Of a DNA stretch of 64,000 nucleotides, positions 1 to 12,600 are shown piece by piece. Below the pieces are notes generated by a model. The model saw only the letters and a list, made by a program, of their open reading frames with translations. It did no database searches and was not told where the DNA came from. Position numbers and translations under genes: made by a program. Position 1 is the first letter of the stretch. Each line of letters opens with the position of its first letter. The DNA lies in contig MCFE01000422.1 in NCBI GenBank assembly GCA_002104905.1, positions 1 to 64,000 on the forward strand. The letters are read 5' to 3'. Source of the DNA: Basidiobolus meristosporus CBS 931.73. Taxonomy: Eukaryota; Fungi; Basidiobolomycota.

Positions 1-2332
1 TCCAGCACTTGAATGATGTTTTCCCAAGCGCTGTTGAGCAGTGGTCTAATGGCAGTCGGAAGAGGGCTCACTTGTAGTGGAGATGAACGCTGTGAACAGG
101 GAACGTTGGTTTTGATGGCCTCCAAGAAATCTGCAGCAGTGACCTCGATTTTCTTCGGCTCAATCAGAAGTTTCTCTGCACTATTGTATATCTGTGGGTA
201 CTTTCTTCGGATGGCTTTTAGCGCGGCTTCAGTGGATAAGGCCTTTAGATCGGCACCACCGTACCCCTTGGTCATCGTGGCTAATTGATCCTTCAGCTCC
301 TCGGAAAGCGGCGGACTCCATTTCCTGGTGTTGATATCTATGATGGTTCTCCTGGCCACATAACTTGGTAACGAGAAATAAAACTCTCTGTCGAATCTAC
401 CAGGTCTACGAAGTGCTGGGTCAATGGCATCAATCCTATTGGTTGCACCGATGACAACAACTTGGCCACGGTTATCTAAACCATCCATCAAGGCTAGCAG
501 AGTAGAGACGATAGAAGAATGGACTTGCTCTTGCTTACTAGATCGAACTGGGGCCAGTCCGTCTATCTCATCAAAAAATATAATACTGGGCTGCCAAGCC
601 TTAGCTTCTTCGAAGAGCAGTCGGAGTTGGCGTTCAGCCTCACCCACCCACTTACTCAAGCAATCCGCACCCTTACGCATGAAAAAGGCAATTTTTTGAG
701 AGTCGGTAGAACAGCTATTGGCAAGGGCACGAGCTACTAAAGTCTTACCGGTCCCCGGTGGGCCGTAAAACAGAACACCTCTGGGAGGCGTAATGCTAAA
801 TTGGGTGTAGATTTCAGGATAAAGCAGAGGCAGTAACACCATCTCTTTAAGCGACTGGATATGCGAGTCTAAACCACCAATGGAGTCAAACCCAACCTCT
901 TCGTTCACTGCGACAGGGTCGATGTCAGCTAGATTGGTAGTGCCTGAGCTAAGGCCCTTTGCTTTTCGCAATAGGCCCCTGCCTCGACCATTTAGTTGCC
1001 TTGCATTCAGAGGTAGAATCCGCTCGGACTCCTCGTCCTCCGAAACTCCGCCTTTGTTTGAAAGCATATAGCCAAAATTCCGTTTCTTTTGTGAATGCGT
1101 GAAATTTTCCAGATGTCGGAGCCGGCTATATTGCTCTTCGAGCTGTGCGAGTTTGATGATGTCTCGAGCAGAATCGGGCCCATATGACTCGTGTCGATTA
1201 CTTCGTAAATTATACGGACGCGAATTCCCAATGGAATTAGAGTTGCGGCCTCCACTGTATTGTATCCGTGGCCTGGGCCTCAAACCTGGCCTTCTTGGCA
1301 TGCTCCCGTCGTCATTTGGCTCAGCGAACGATCGGTTGTCGGAATTGAGATCGGTGTCGTCCATGGAATTGCCTCTAGCTCTCGAAGGGTTGCTTGCATC
1401 GTTCCCATCGTCAATTAATGTATGCTGTTTAGAGAATATGCGCGAACTTCTTCTGACCATGTTCTTTCCGATTGCGTCCACAATCGATCCGGACGCTAGC
1501 TCCATTTCTACCTCGTTACTACATTCAGCCGACTCCACCTGGTCCTTCGTTGACGCTGTGTTTTCATGATATGAGTGCACTCTGGCATCTTTATTCTCAT
1601 CTAGCTCCTTCTCCTCATCCTTATTAGCATTCTGATCTTCATTCTCGTCTTCTTTTTCGTCCACCTCGTCCTCGTCTTCCTCGCCAGTCCGTACCTCAGT
1701 CAAGTCACTCTCTTCACCGCTTGACATATGATGTATGATACTCTTGGACGCTCCACGGCTGCGTCTCATGGGCAATTCTTCTGGACTCATTACATGCTCA
1801 TCGGAGCTATGTGAATAATGCGACGAATCTGGTGCTTCATAATAGTTGACTTTCGAATCTTTTCTCAGCCTCAAGGAATGTCTTTGACTTTTGGGCGACC
1901 ATCTTGAAGAAATTCTTCCGCCTGATCGGCTTTTAGAGGCCCTTCTGTCATGCGAATAAATATCCGGGTCATCCAGGTGATTGTTCTACTTCTTCATTAG
2001 GAGCACTCTTCAACCTCAAGGGCATACGTTGGTCACATACCTTTCGTTTGTGAATGTTCTTCTGAGGCAACCTGTTAGATCGGTAGTCCGCCATGTCCTC
2101 TTCAGAATCGCCGGAAGTCCCACGATCTTGATACATTTGAGGCCTTGTACTTGCCCGAGTAGATCTCCGTAAACTCGCTATTATGCATATGTGTCATTAA
2201 GCCTTGAACCTGAAAGTGCATTATGAAAAGAAATGATACCTGCTTCCGACTAGGTCATAGTTGTAGTAGCGAAAAGGAGAATAATTATAAAGTTAAAGTC
2301 AACTCTGAAGAAAATCCTTCCTTGCTTGACAT
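1..2332 (-). CDS. YTA7: AAA+ ATPase of the Yta7/ATAD2 (bromodomain AAA) family; 5' part only, gene runs off the window start
   Basis: Minus-strand translation gives an acidic/Ser/Arg low-complexity N-terminus, then FDSIGGLDSHIQSLKEMVLLPLLYPE, Walker A GPPGTGKT (~741-764), FFMRKGADCLSKWVGEAERQLRLLFEEA, Walker B IIFFDEIDGLAP and the SRH IGATNRIDAIDPALRRPGRFDREFYF, as in Yta7/ATAD2. No stop before base 1, so the ORF track missed it. The ATG at 2332 and the 5' introns are tentative; the bromodomain lies outside the window. Confidence 0.92.
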
Positions 2333-3496
2333 GAAAGAAAACCACAATTACCTCGCTTCGATTTCGGCTTCCCATGATCAAATATTTGGACTAGCAATAG
2401 AATCGAAGATCTATGCGTACGGAAGTATTTTCGGTTGTGTGTCTAAGTGTATATGTCTAAGATAGTAGTTCAACGCGACGTGTGGGTAGTTGATTGTGGC
2501 TGAGGTGTGAGGGATTTAGTACAGATGAACCAAGCTTGAGGTTAACGTTCTCCAAACCAAGCTAGAGAGATTTACGGGTACTAAAATCGTGCAAATCACT
2601 GAAAGCTTCCAGGTGAAAGGGGTTAGGAGCTGATCTATGGGCTGAATAAATAATATCCACTTCGAATATCAATTGTATCACACGGAAGTCTCCGAAGAAA
2701 ACGCGTCGAGTCAAGATTCGCGAGATTCCTTTGTTCTTACTATAAGAAAAGATCTATCGAATAAACCGGTATGCTTCTAAGTAGCCTAGCAGCAAATAAT
2801 ACTAACTCTGTTCAAAATATACCGAATCGTCGAGCGTAACGTGAAGTTTTGAAAGCTCCGAAGTTGTGTCTTGTGAAGTATGCAACCTTCAGGAATTTCC
2901 TTTTTACTAATGATCGTTGGAAATTTTGGGAATTCCAACTTATTACAAGTATCGGACTTGTAGGTTATTTATGATTTAGATTGAATACATTCGCTCATTT
3001 TTTCAACGAAATTTCATTGAGGTTGTTTGACATTGTTTCATCCAAAATTTAATCCCATCGGATATTTGTACGAATCAGTATAGCTTAACGCATGAATAAA
3101 TCCTAAATCACTCATCCAAATTCACTCATTTGGTCTGTCACCCAGGCACATTCCAAACTCCCATTGCTGTACTGAAGAAACATACACCAAAAATGAGACT
3201 GCCGATTTACTACATATCTTCAGTCGAGGGAGAAGTAGCTACTAAAGATACGGCTGTATACAGACTGCGGGAGTAGGGCTGATAGAGTGGAGCATTGCAT
3301 CTTTCGATATGGTATTAATGGGTATAGACGGGGCAGAGTTAGATAAGGCTGTTGTAACAGTCTGGTGTGCTCCAATATTGAATTTTGGTATGCGTTTGTA
3401 GATGCAAATGCTCGGCACCTGTAGGTGCCCTTTATTGAAGTTCTTGTCGCAAGACATTGATGTTGAATGAATTATACAAACTATGATAATGATGTT

Positions 3497-4089
3497 CTAA
3501 TGACCAGAACCACCGCAACAACCACCAGAGTGAGTACCACTTCTCTTAACACGAATGCTATCATTATCGTTGATCTCGTGCTCCTGATCTAGGTTAAGCT
3601 CTGCAATAGGGTAGCGTAGGTTATATACAAATGTTCTCATTAAGATAGGAAAACAAACTTGACTTACTATAAACTTCGTTCTCTTTCTTGACACCTTGTA
3701 CAATATTATGGTGTAGTAAAGTGGCTACTTGCTTGGCAAGGTCGATTTTCTAATTCATATTATTATGTTAGCAAGGGATAGGCTAACTAGAGTCCTCGGT
3801 GCAACGTACCTCTTTAATGACTTTTTCATCAGTTTCCTCATGACTGTTCATGAACTCTTGGCGAGTTTTTGCGTAGGCAGCTAAAAGGGTATGAGTTGGA
3901 TATCGGTTCTATATCACCTGTCTGAACAAATGTGTAATGTACCTGTCAATGCTTGGGTATCGCCTATCAAGGTTTTAGTAAAAGTAGAAAATTTTCATTT
4001 AAGCGGGATTTTTTACCTTTAAAAGCGCGTCTTTGAGAGCGGAGAAGCATCTTGTAAGCTCCTAGAACCTCAACTCTTAGATTGTTCAT
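3497..4089 (-). CDS. MZM1: LYR-motif mitochondrial complex III assembly chaperone Mzm1/LYRM7 (5 exons)
   Basis: Spliced over 4 GT-AG introns: MNNLRVEVLGAYKMLLRSQRRAFKGDTQALTAAYAKTRQEFMNSHEETDEKVIKEKIDLAKQVATLLHHNIVQGVKKENEVYKLNLDQEHEINDNDSIRVKRSGTHSGGCCGGSGH*. It has an LYR-like AYK..LR..F motif and the N(I/L)VQG...Y.LN.....E..DN signature of Mzm1. Confidence 0.88.
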
Positions 4090-5077
4090 GTTGGCAGAAG
4101 AATCAAAATGACCAGCGTTTGTTAAGAATAAAATTCTGCGGGGTGGGGAGCATGTATTTATCAGCAGCAGGATGAAATTTTTCCAAACCTTATTAGAGAT
4201 TTTCGGGTTTCATGGTTAGAATTTTGATTAATATAAACCAAATCAACCTTGAAGCCACGTGCTACCAATGTGAAATATTGGGCCACAAAAAGCGTAGCAC
4301 TCGGTCAATCCTGCTGCTCTGGACGAAGTAACTTGGTTTTTCCGGTTTTTGCTCTACAATAATAGAGAATAAAAGTGTAAGATGATGTATGCTTACAAAT
4401 ACCCATTGGTATGTTTCCGACATGCTTATCACTATACCAACATTAAACATTCAATAGTCGAGCATTACTAGGCAACCAAGGCAAAAGATATGTGAATGGT
4501 TCAATTACATCATGATTGAATTAAATAACTAGCCAACCGAATCAAGAAACTACGATTGTTTTAGTGGAGACATCCCAGATCAAGTGATGAAGATATGCAG
4601 ATTGAGCTTGCTCAATAATCACTGTGTGCCGACTCACCAAGTGCGGGCTGGAGTGACATCGATTGCATGTTATTCATGTCAGTATCCATCCCCTAAACAA
4701 GAATTTACCTATTTACATACGGGATTTCTGTTGGTAATTAAAGCATCAATGTTTGTTACCTAGTGTGTTGGGTTCGGAGTATTTGCTGTTTTAAGCCAAG
4801 CCTACATTCACAAGCGTATTGGGTAGCCATATTTGGATTGAATTGGAATGGAGCTTTAGCATGGACAGATTACACTGCTCATTCAGGTGGAGATGTCAAG
4901 TTCACGTGGAACATCAGTTATACTTGTAGCTGTGGCCGGTTGTATCCAATAGCTGTCTTCTACTCTTTCCTTGGCAGATCTAAACCTTGCTTTTCTTCAC
5001 TCAACCTCCTCTCTGAAAAGGCCCAGCTCTGAGTTTCTGAATACTAAAACCCTATTACTCGCAAAGGAATCCTAACC

Positions 5078-6024
5078 ATGGAAGGAAAATCAACAGCCAA
5101 GTTGAATGCGCTTGCCGAGAATACACTGATGTTAATTCATGAACGCAACCGGAACCAGAATCTCGGCTTGAATTATCAGCAACAGGAGCAGACTATAAGA
5201 AAAAATCTGGAACGCCTCAAAGAGGGTATAGTACAGCTAGAACAGGAGCTGTCCCAGGATGAGGAGGCTGGCGTCAGGTATTTAGATATCCAGATATTTC
5301 TAAAAAGGACGCTTACCTATGTAGCCTTGTGTATATACAGTTCATTGGTACTAAAACAGAAGGAGGACAAAGTTATTAAGCTCTCTGAACAACACGAGAG
5401 ACTAGAGGCTTTGCTAAGCGGAGATAGAAGTGAAAGAGCTCGGTAATACTTCAAAATAGGTCAACGGCTGCCTCACATAATATCTGACAAAACGTCTACA
5501 CTTCTCTCTTCAAATAGTGATCTTCTCTTGGGGAGTAGACCTTCAAAAATTAGTAAATGGGAAACCAGCGTACAGATTGATGACGGACTCGAGAATGGGC
5601 CAATGCTTCAATTACAAGAGAGAATACTAGATGGTAGGTACCCATCAAATACATGCTTCCGCTTCCCACTAACACATCCTCGAATACATACCAGAGCAAG
5701 ATAGAAGTCTAGATCAATTAAGTGAAGCAGTCGGTCGACAAAGGGAATTGGGTTTGCTAATTACTGATGAACTGGATCGCCATATAGAGCTACTTGACGA
5801 AACAGATCAGGCAATCGACTCAAGTCAACGAAGACTTAATAGTGCTCGCAAGAGGCTGGATTATTTCCGGAGAAAATCCAGAGAAGCTGGTAAATATGTT
5901 TATCTTGCAATCTATATACTGAATGAGTATATTGAAAGGCATTTATATAGGGTCTACATGTATTATTTTAGTTCTACTCTTACTCCTACTAATGATTATC
6001 TTAATCGCGAGATTGTTTCGGTGA
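5078..6024 (+). CDS. SYN8: Qc-SNARE of the syntaxin-8/Syn8 family (multi-exon)
   Basis: N-terminal helical region, SNARE motif LQLQERILDEQDRSLDQLSEAVGRQRELGLLITDELDRHIELLDETD, then a final exon encoding the C-terminal TM GSTCIILVLLLLLMIILIARLFR* (stop 6022-6024). Confidence 0.8.
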
Positions 6025-6539
6025 AGTATAACTTTGTAAAGGTGCCAGTGTTTCTTATAGAAATAAAGTTGAGCAGACACAGAGCACTCCAACACTGGAC
6101 TTTCAAATATGGAGGATCGCCATTACTTGAATATCTATTGTCTATATTTATGACGCGATGATCAAGAAACCGTGTTTTTGGTATGCGGCGTTTTATCTTC
6201 AGATAATCATTTCGGTATCTTGACCTAAATATTGCTCTTACTTATCAGCCCTGTACTTCTGCATCTATACACACTTGCCATAAGCGCGAATAGTTGAAGC
6301 GGCAAGCTATTTCTGAAGACCCTTTCATCATGACATCAAGCTAGAAAGTGAGCGAGGCAAAACCAGTGACTGGCCAACTTGCTGGTAAAATAGCCACAAC
6401 ATTGGATCGACTCAAATATTAGATTAAACCCAATCAAATCTGAGTCAACGCGCTGCATTTTTTTTACAACACTGCTAATAATTGTTGCTGGCTCGCCAAT
6501 GGGTTGCACACTCTCCACCTAAGGGTTATAACTTCGTTA

Positions 6540-7068
6540 ATGGAGCAAGCAAGTCCTTTGAAGCTGATCAATGATTCCATTCAGCAACTACATCTCTTGA
6601 TCTCACAAGTAGCAATTATATATCAAAAACTTAGCGAGTATAAAGTCGACCAAGCAGCCGCCGGAGATATCGAAGATGCTACCCAAAAAGAAGTCGAGAA
6701 GCTGAAGGATGAGTATATGGCTATATCGAAGGACCTGCGCGAAAAGATGGAGAGTTTGGAGAGCAGGCTTTCTCAGGAGGTAATCAAAAATAATAGAAAT
6801 GGCAGGTCAAATAGAAATAGTAACCTTTACATCTGGCAACCAGAAAGTAGACAAGGACGTGGACAACTTGCGCGAAACTAGAGATAAACTAAGGGATGTC
6901 AGTATCCTTTCGATAGTTGATTTTGTCTTAGCTAGACGTCTTACATACTTTGCACCCATATTGCAGGAAGCATATGCGAAATCGAGAAAACTCAAACTGA
7001 TCCTGGACCGGTGCTACCAGCTACGCTTTATCAGCAGTAGTGTACTAGCTGCCTCGGAAAGCAAATGA
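6540..7068 (+). CDS. 131-aa coiled-coil protein, possibly Mediator subunit Med30-like (3 exons)
   Basis: Exons 6540-6779, 6844-6897 and 6967-7068 join in frame through GT-AG introns. The gene is well supported; the family call is only a visual resemblance. Confidence 0.6.
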
Positions 7069-7753
7069 TAGCACACGATCTCATTAATATGACCTAATCG
7101 ACTTGTAAGAACCACCATACTGCTTTGAAGGGTTTTCGTCACCATAGAGCGGGTGATAACTCCGATGTGTACCTGGGCCGATGTCAATAAGTCTGTGTGC
7201 CATGGGGCAGATTTCTATATTTGTAGCCCAAACACTAGCGACGAATAAATGGTACCCAGTGTACATAGTGCATACTTAACATTCCTGACTTCATCGACAT
7301 CTAATGAATAAGAAATGCTCAATAGCTCACAAGTGGACCTCATTATTAGATACACAAGCCAGTTTTCAATTTGGGCACACGAAGGTCATGACGTCCAACT
7401 ACCAAAACAGTCCAACGTATCCCCTTGGATACCTATGTCCATTATCCGTCTTCCATCGCCCTTGTCATGGAATTTCTGATTTCGTAGTGATTATACCATG
7501 GCCCATCTGGAGCCACTGTTGATGTCTAGCCAGAAATGTTCGGTGGATGACGCCATACAGATGGAGAATTTTCAAACGATCTAATGGCATTGCGAACCGA
7601 GAAGTACTATCCAATCGGCCTCTCCATTGTACCTAGGATTTGCTACACAAACTCTACAACCAATCAATCGCGTATCAAAGAATTTAGCTCAATAAAGTAT
7701 TAAAGTAGAGCGAAGCCATTCTATTGTTCAACATTCTTATTTCCCACTACAAA

Positions 7754-8281
7754 ATGTGGAAGCTAACAACTTTCATTTTGGCGCTGTTATTATGCCTTTC
7801 ACTCGCCCAAGCTGACTTGAATCTCCAGGAAGAGGAACTTCGCGATGACAGTGATTTTCTTCAGCAGCAGCTGTACGATAACCCCCTGGGTAAGCCCTTG
7901 GGCAACTCCCTCTTCGACTGTGGTGCACCCACGGATTTGCTCCGAATTGAGCATGTCAAACTCTCACCCGACCCTCCACGTAAAGGACAAGTACTTCGCA
8001 TCGAAGGGTCTGGGGTCTTTACGGACGAAGTAGGAGAAGGCAGTTATACCACTATTTTCGTCAAGTATGGACGTATTAGAATTCTTCAAATGAAGATAGA
8101 TACCTGTAAGGAGATAAAGCAAATTGGTGAAGAATGTCCTCTTGGCCCTGGTCCCCAGAACATCGATGTTGAGGTTGAGCTACCAAAAGAGATCCCCCCT
8201 GGTAGTTACACCGCCCACGCACAAGTATTTACCAAGGATGGACGTCAAGTTGCTTGCATCAACGGGCTAGTCAGATTTTAG
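7754..8281 (+). CDS. NPC2: ML-domain lipid-transfer protein (NPC2 / PG-PI transfer protein), secreted or vacuolar
   Basis: Signal peptide MWKLTTFILALLLCLSLAQA, then DCG....LRIEHVKLSPDPPRKG...V..G.I......DTC.......CP..PG......ELPKEIPPGSY...T.DG..VAC. Intronless. Confidence 0.9.
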   Translation: MWKLTTFILALLLCLSLAQADLNLQEEELRDDSDFLQQQLYDNPLGKPLGNSLFDCGAPTDLLRIEHVKLSPDPPRKGQVLRIEGSGVFTDEVGEGSYTTIFVKYGRIRILQMKIDTCKEIKQIGEECPLGPGPQNIDVEVELPKEIPPGSYTAHAQVFTKDGRQVACINGLVRF

Positions 8282-8740
8282 TTAAATTCTGTATTCTCTC
8301 AATTGTTAATAAATATCATTAATACCATGCTCATTCTACGACTCCTTATCACTAGTTGAAGTCTTGATGCACCCCCCCCCCCACACACAGACTGTTGTAT
8401 GTAGGCTTGTTTGCTTTCCAACATGACCCCTAGCAATCATCGAGCTGAGTTCCTAGCTCTTTGGTGCTCAAGAATAGCAAAATGTATCCGCCAGGAAATT
8501 AGTCACAGCAATTGGTGCAGCAAACCCTAGATGATAAGCCAGGTTCCCAAACCTGAGCAAGGAAAATCTCGCAATCTCGGTGATTTCTTTTTTTATTAGT
8601 TTTAATATTGGCAACAATAGTTGTATTAGTCAGGATTAGATGAGATGATATTTCGTATATATTTTCTCAAGAAAGGCGTGGGATGCGACGTTCTTTCTGA
8701 ACACCATATTGTGTGATTTTCCCAACCTTTGCACCAAAAG

Positions 8741-9635
8741 ATGTCTTTTCTGCGTACACTCAAGCCAGTATTGAGTTTCTCTTCCCGAAGCTTGGCCCAA
8801 TCCAACCGGAGACTCCTTCATTTAGGACAATCGACTGGTACTGCTGGATTGACTCCAAAGGTCAACATACTGAGAAGAAACCCTGCATTGTTGATTCAAG
8901 GTAAAAAAAGTAGTCCACATACACTTCAGGGTTATCCGTTTTTCCTACCCTTGCTTCTTAATTGCTAATAAGCAACAATGATGCGTTTATATATATTTAG
9001 CCCGCAACATGTTTATCAAGACTGAGGAAACGCCAAATGAAGATTCGTTGAAATTCTTGCCAGGCGTAGCTGTCATGAAGCAAGGAGGCACCGCGGAATT
9101 CTTAAACCCCAAGGAGGCGGCCACTTCGAACCTGGCCAAGGCTTTATTTAAAGTGGACGGCATCCAGAGTGTATTCTATGGACCGGATTTCATAACAGTA
9201 ACCAAGACCTCTGCCACCGCGTGGCACGAAGTCAAGCCAGACATATATTCCGAAATCATGAACTTCTTTACTACAAACCAGCCAATCTTCAACGATTCCA
9301 CGGTCAAGGAGTCTTCCGATACAACAATCAACCCTGAGGACTCTGAAGTGGTGGCTATGATCAAAGAGTTACTTGACACTCGCATCAGACCATCTATCCA
9401 AGAGGATGGCGGTGATATCGAATATAAAGGATTTACCGAAGAAGGCATAGTTCAGCTGAAGCTAATGGGCGCATGTAGAACATGCGACTCTAGTGTCATT
9501 ACGCTCAAAAATGGTATAGAGAATATGCTGATGCACTATATTCCAGAGGTAACCGGAGTGGAACAAGCAACAGACGAAGAGGACGAAGGAAAAATCGACC
9601 TTGAAAAACTTACCGATAGAGTGTTCAATCAGTAG
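8741..9635 (+). CDS. NFU1: Mitochondrial Fe-S scaffold Nfu1 (2 exons)
   Basis: Arg/Ser-rich presequence in exon 1, intron ~8902-9000, then MFIKTEETPNEDSLKFLPG, RIRPSIQEDGGDIEY and the CxxC motif GACRTCDSS. Confidence 0.95.
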
Positions 9636-12600
9636 TTACCGTGAATACAAAAGCAGTTACCACATTCACATTCCTGTTCATCACTTAATACTTGCATCAA
9701 ATGAGCTCAGTTAGCATACCGGGCTACGAATAAATTTCATTGAAACTTGCGGTAATGTTGGGTCTTTGGGATGGTGTTATTGTTCTTACTCGTACTTCCT
9801 AAAGGATGCTTGCCTCTCTAAGGCTACAATATCCAACGTAATGGGCCATGATAGGCAACACTATTCCAGGTTTACTCGGGCACACTTGGCCACATTCAGG
9901 ACAGAAGTGCGCCCATTTAATTGTGTGTATGAGGGATGTTCACCTCAGCAACGTGCAGCCCTAGAATGGCAATGCAAGTCCAATATATACGGACATCCTT
10001 CTCTGGTATGAGTCCCGAGGATGCTAAGGTAGTGCCATTCATCTTGCCATCATCAACATCACCACGCTTAGCACACAGCCTTTTCTGATTGATGCGGCTA
10101 AGACATCGGCACTATCCACCAACACCCGCCATTGGTCGTCGCAAGCTGGACTTATGCCCACCAACAGTGAGTCAATCCGCTGAGTCATCACTCGAGGTTC
10201 AGAACACCTTGTCATTCCTCAAGCTCTCGTGAGCCCGTGACATATCCAACCCATCATTTTGGAATCCACCAAATGCCGGCACGAATAATGTGTCCCCAAT
10301 AGCCGAGCGAATATCGATCTAGGAATACATATCCCGGTCTTACTTTCAGTGCGGAATAAGCTTGGATTGATGAGACCTTTTTGTTGACCGGAACAAGCTT
10401 CGATTGACTCTTGGAGGCGTATGTATCTATACAAGACTGGCAAATACTTGTAAGATCCCTTCCAGGCTTAGTGATGTTTCACTGACCAATTTACACCGAA
10501 GGATCTCGTGAACACCTATGCCTTACTGGCTAGGTGATGCAAGGCTGCCTAAACTTGATGTTTTAATTTCCAGGCAATCTTGCTACGTAGAGCAATATTT
10601 CTGAACGAGTTTGGTGATTATCGACTTGGCAGGCTTTGATTCACCCTCATCGGTGATTGTTTAACATATGATTCGAACCTCCGTAGCGCCTCATCGAGGT
10701 GTCCTTTATCCAAATATTGATCACCTACAACCATATGAAGTGCCACCGGTTTTTCTAACAGCAACATTTGCTAGGTTGGGTAAACACATGTTAGTGGCAA
10801 AGCCCTCAAATCCAAGATTTACGATTCAATTACTCAGGTGCATTCAATTCTTCCCACAGTTAATCATGGCAAAACTCATTCGTTCTAAATCCTGATTCTT
10901 CTGTTGATGTAACGCTAACATTATTGGTGTAGTCACAGTATGGCTGGCTTCACGTCATAGGCTGTCGCGCCTCCTTCCCAACTCCTTGTTGAAGGAATTA
11001 GGGATGAAGATGTTTCCTTGGATTTGAAGGCTGCTGTGACCCGTATACGCTTGTGCTTCAGATTGGACTGGCTCTGAACAGCGCAGGAACCTGCAATGTC
11101 ACGGAATCGGTGTTTACAGCGAGCCACCTAACAACCTGCGTCGTATTATCATTTTTACGAACTGGACAAAACGTGTGTATGTAGTATAAGCTTTGACTGT
11201 TTTCTCATCCCAAGCATTTGGCCTCCAGAGCGGTGTTCAATAGGTGAGGTCCCGAAGATTTTCGTCCCTCTCATACCATGTAACATACTTGTGAGAATCA
11301 CGATGACTACCGCCATGCTGAAATCAACAAGATCTACTATGAATGAGTTAAACCCCATCACAGACATATCGATGCACTTGTTTCTTGAAGCTTGTCATCT
11401 CACCAATTTCAGACAAGTTCGGATTCATCGGCCAGGGTAGCATCCACAGAGCTCAGCCTCAGCTTCTCCAAGTATATGTAGCCTATCACTTGGTATCTCC
11501 ATTCCCTCCCCAGGGCTCAATTTAGCAAAACCTCCACACTATCTTTGGAAGCTATGCAGGAAGACCAAGCTGGTTTTTGTCGTTTAATGAAAATGAGTGG
11601 CCATCAGATTGTCTTTGTACCAGTCCCTGAGAACCTCAATTTACACAAACTCAGTCATGAACTAGAGCGAGTATGACCTTTCCTGAAATGACATCACTGA
11701 CCAGTTTGTACTCAACTTCCCCCAAAGTCATCTGGAATACTAGATTAATCGGATGTACCAGCAGAGATTGATAACGTCGTGTGTTACCTTCGCACCATAC
11801 TCCATAAATACTACCAACTACCACACAACAAAATCATATCAAATTGGGATTCAAAAAGAAACCCAGACTATAAAGGAAAGAGGAGGAGACAGTGACGTGA
11901 TGGTTTATTTTTGGGTGCAGATTCGAAGTCTCTTTCAAAGATTATTGACAGCCCCTTACTCATCGTAAGGGTGAAAGTCAGGGATGACTCTCTGGTCTTG
12001 GCTGGGCCACTGAGATGCTAGTGTTGCGCAGACAATGTGTGGTGTCTGGGCTTCAGGGATACTGAGCTTATTCGATGTGAAAATACCCCACCTCGTCCTG
12101 TGCTATCAATGGTATGAGCAACTCGTAGCAATCTTCAAAGAATGGCGGTCTGAACGGCTGCCATTGGGATGACCCTTGCTCAAGTGACCAAAGATTGAAG
12201 CACAATGGTTGCAGTGTGCATATACATGATATCCATATACTTTTGCGCACCTTTCGAATGTTCCATACATGAGATTTGAATGATTTGTTTAGCGGAATTG
12301 GGCCTATTACGTCACTTGGGCATGTGTCATAGGCTGTGGGCAGCTATCTCGCTGAGGATGGAGATTCAAATCCCAAGCAATGCACAATATTGATGTCACT
12401 ATTTCACAGTCAATCTATTGTCCTGAACCACCTGACTGATTGATATTTGTTTGTACGGTTACCAGAGCGGACATTGGCTGACAATGGAATTCAAGCACTT
12501 CAACGGGATAGATAAGCCACCTCATCAGGATGGAGCAGCTGTATATGGATAGGAAGGGATTACTCCTTGTTACGGCTACTTCACAATTCCCCTCAAATAA

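Noticed and set aside
13-1569. Several plus-strand ORFs up to 156 aa (similar cases lie opposite LTA4H, the EamA gene, TRP4 and C2-EML)
   Set aside because: Antisense shadows of real genes on the opposite strand.
6902-6910. GTATCCTTT, a perfect U12-type 5' splice-site consensus, inside intron 2 of the Med30-like gene
   Set aside because: Using it breaks the frame with the CAG acceptor at 6966, no TCCTTAAC-like branch point follows, and the U2 donor GTCAGT at 6898 gives an in-frame product.
12120-12210. TAAIGMTLAQV resembling Ty3/gypsy RNase H (AIGAVLSQ)
   Set aside because: The catalytic DAS is missing and no RT or integrase motifs or LTRs are nearby.
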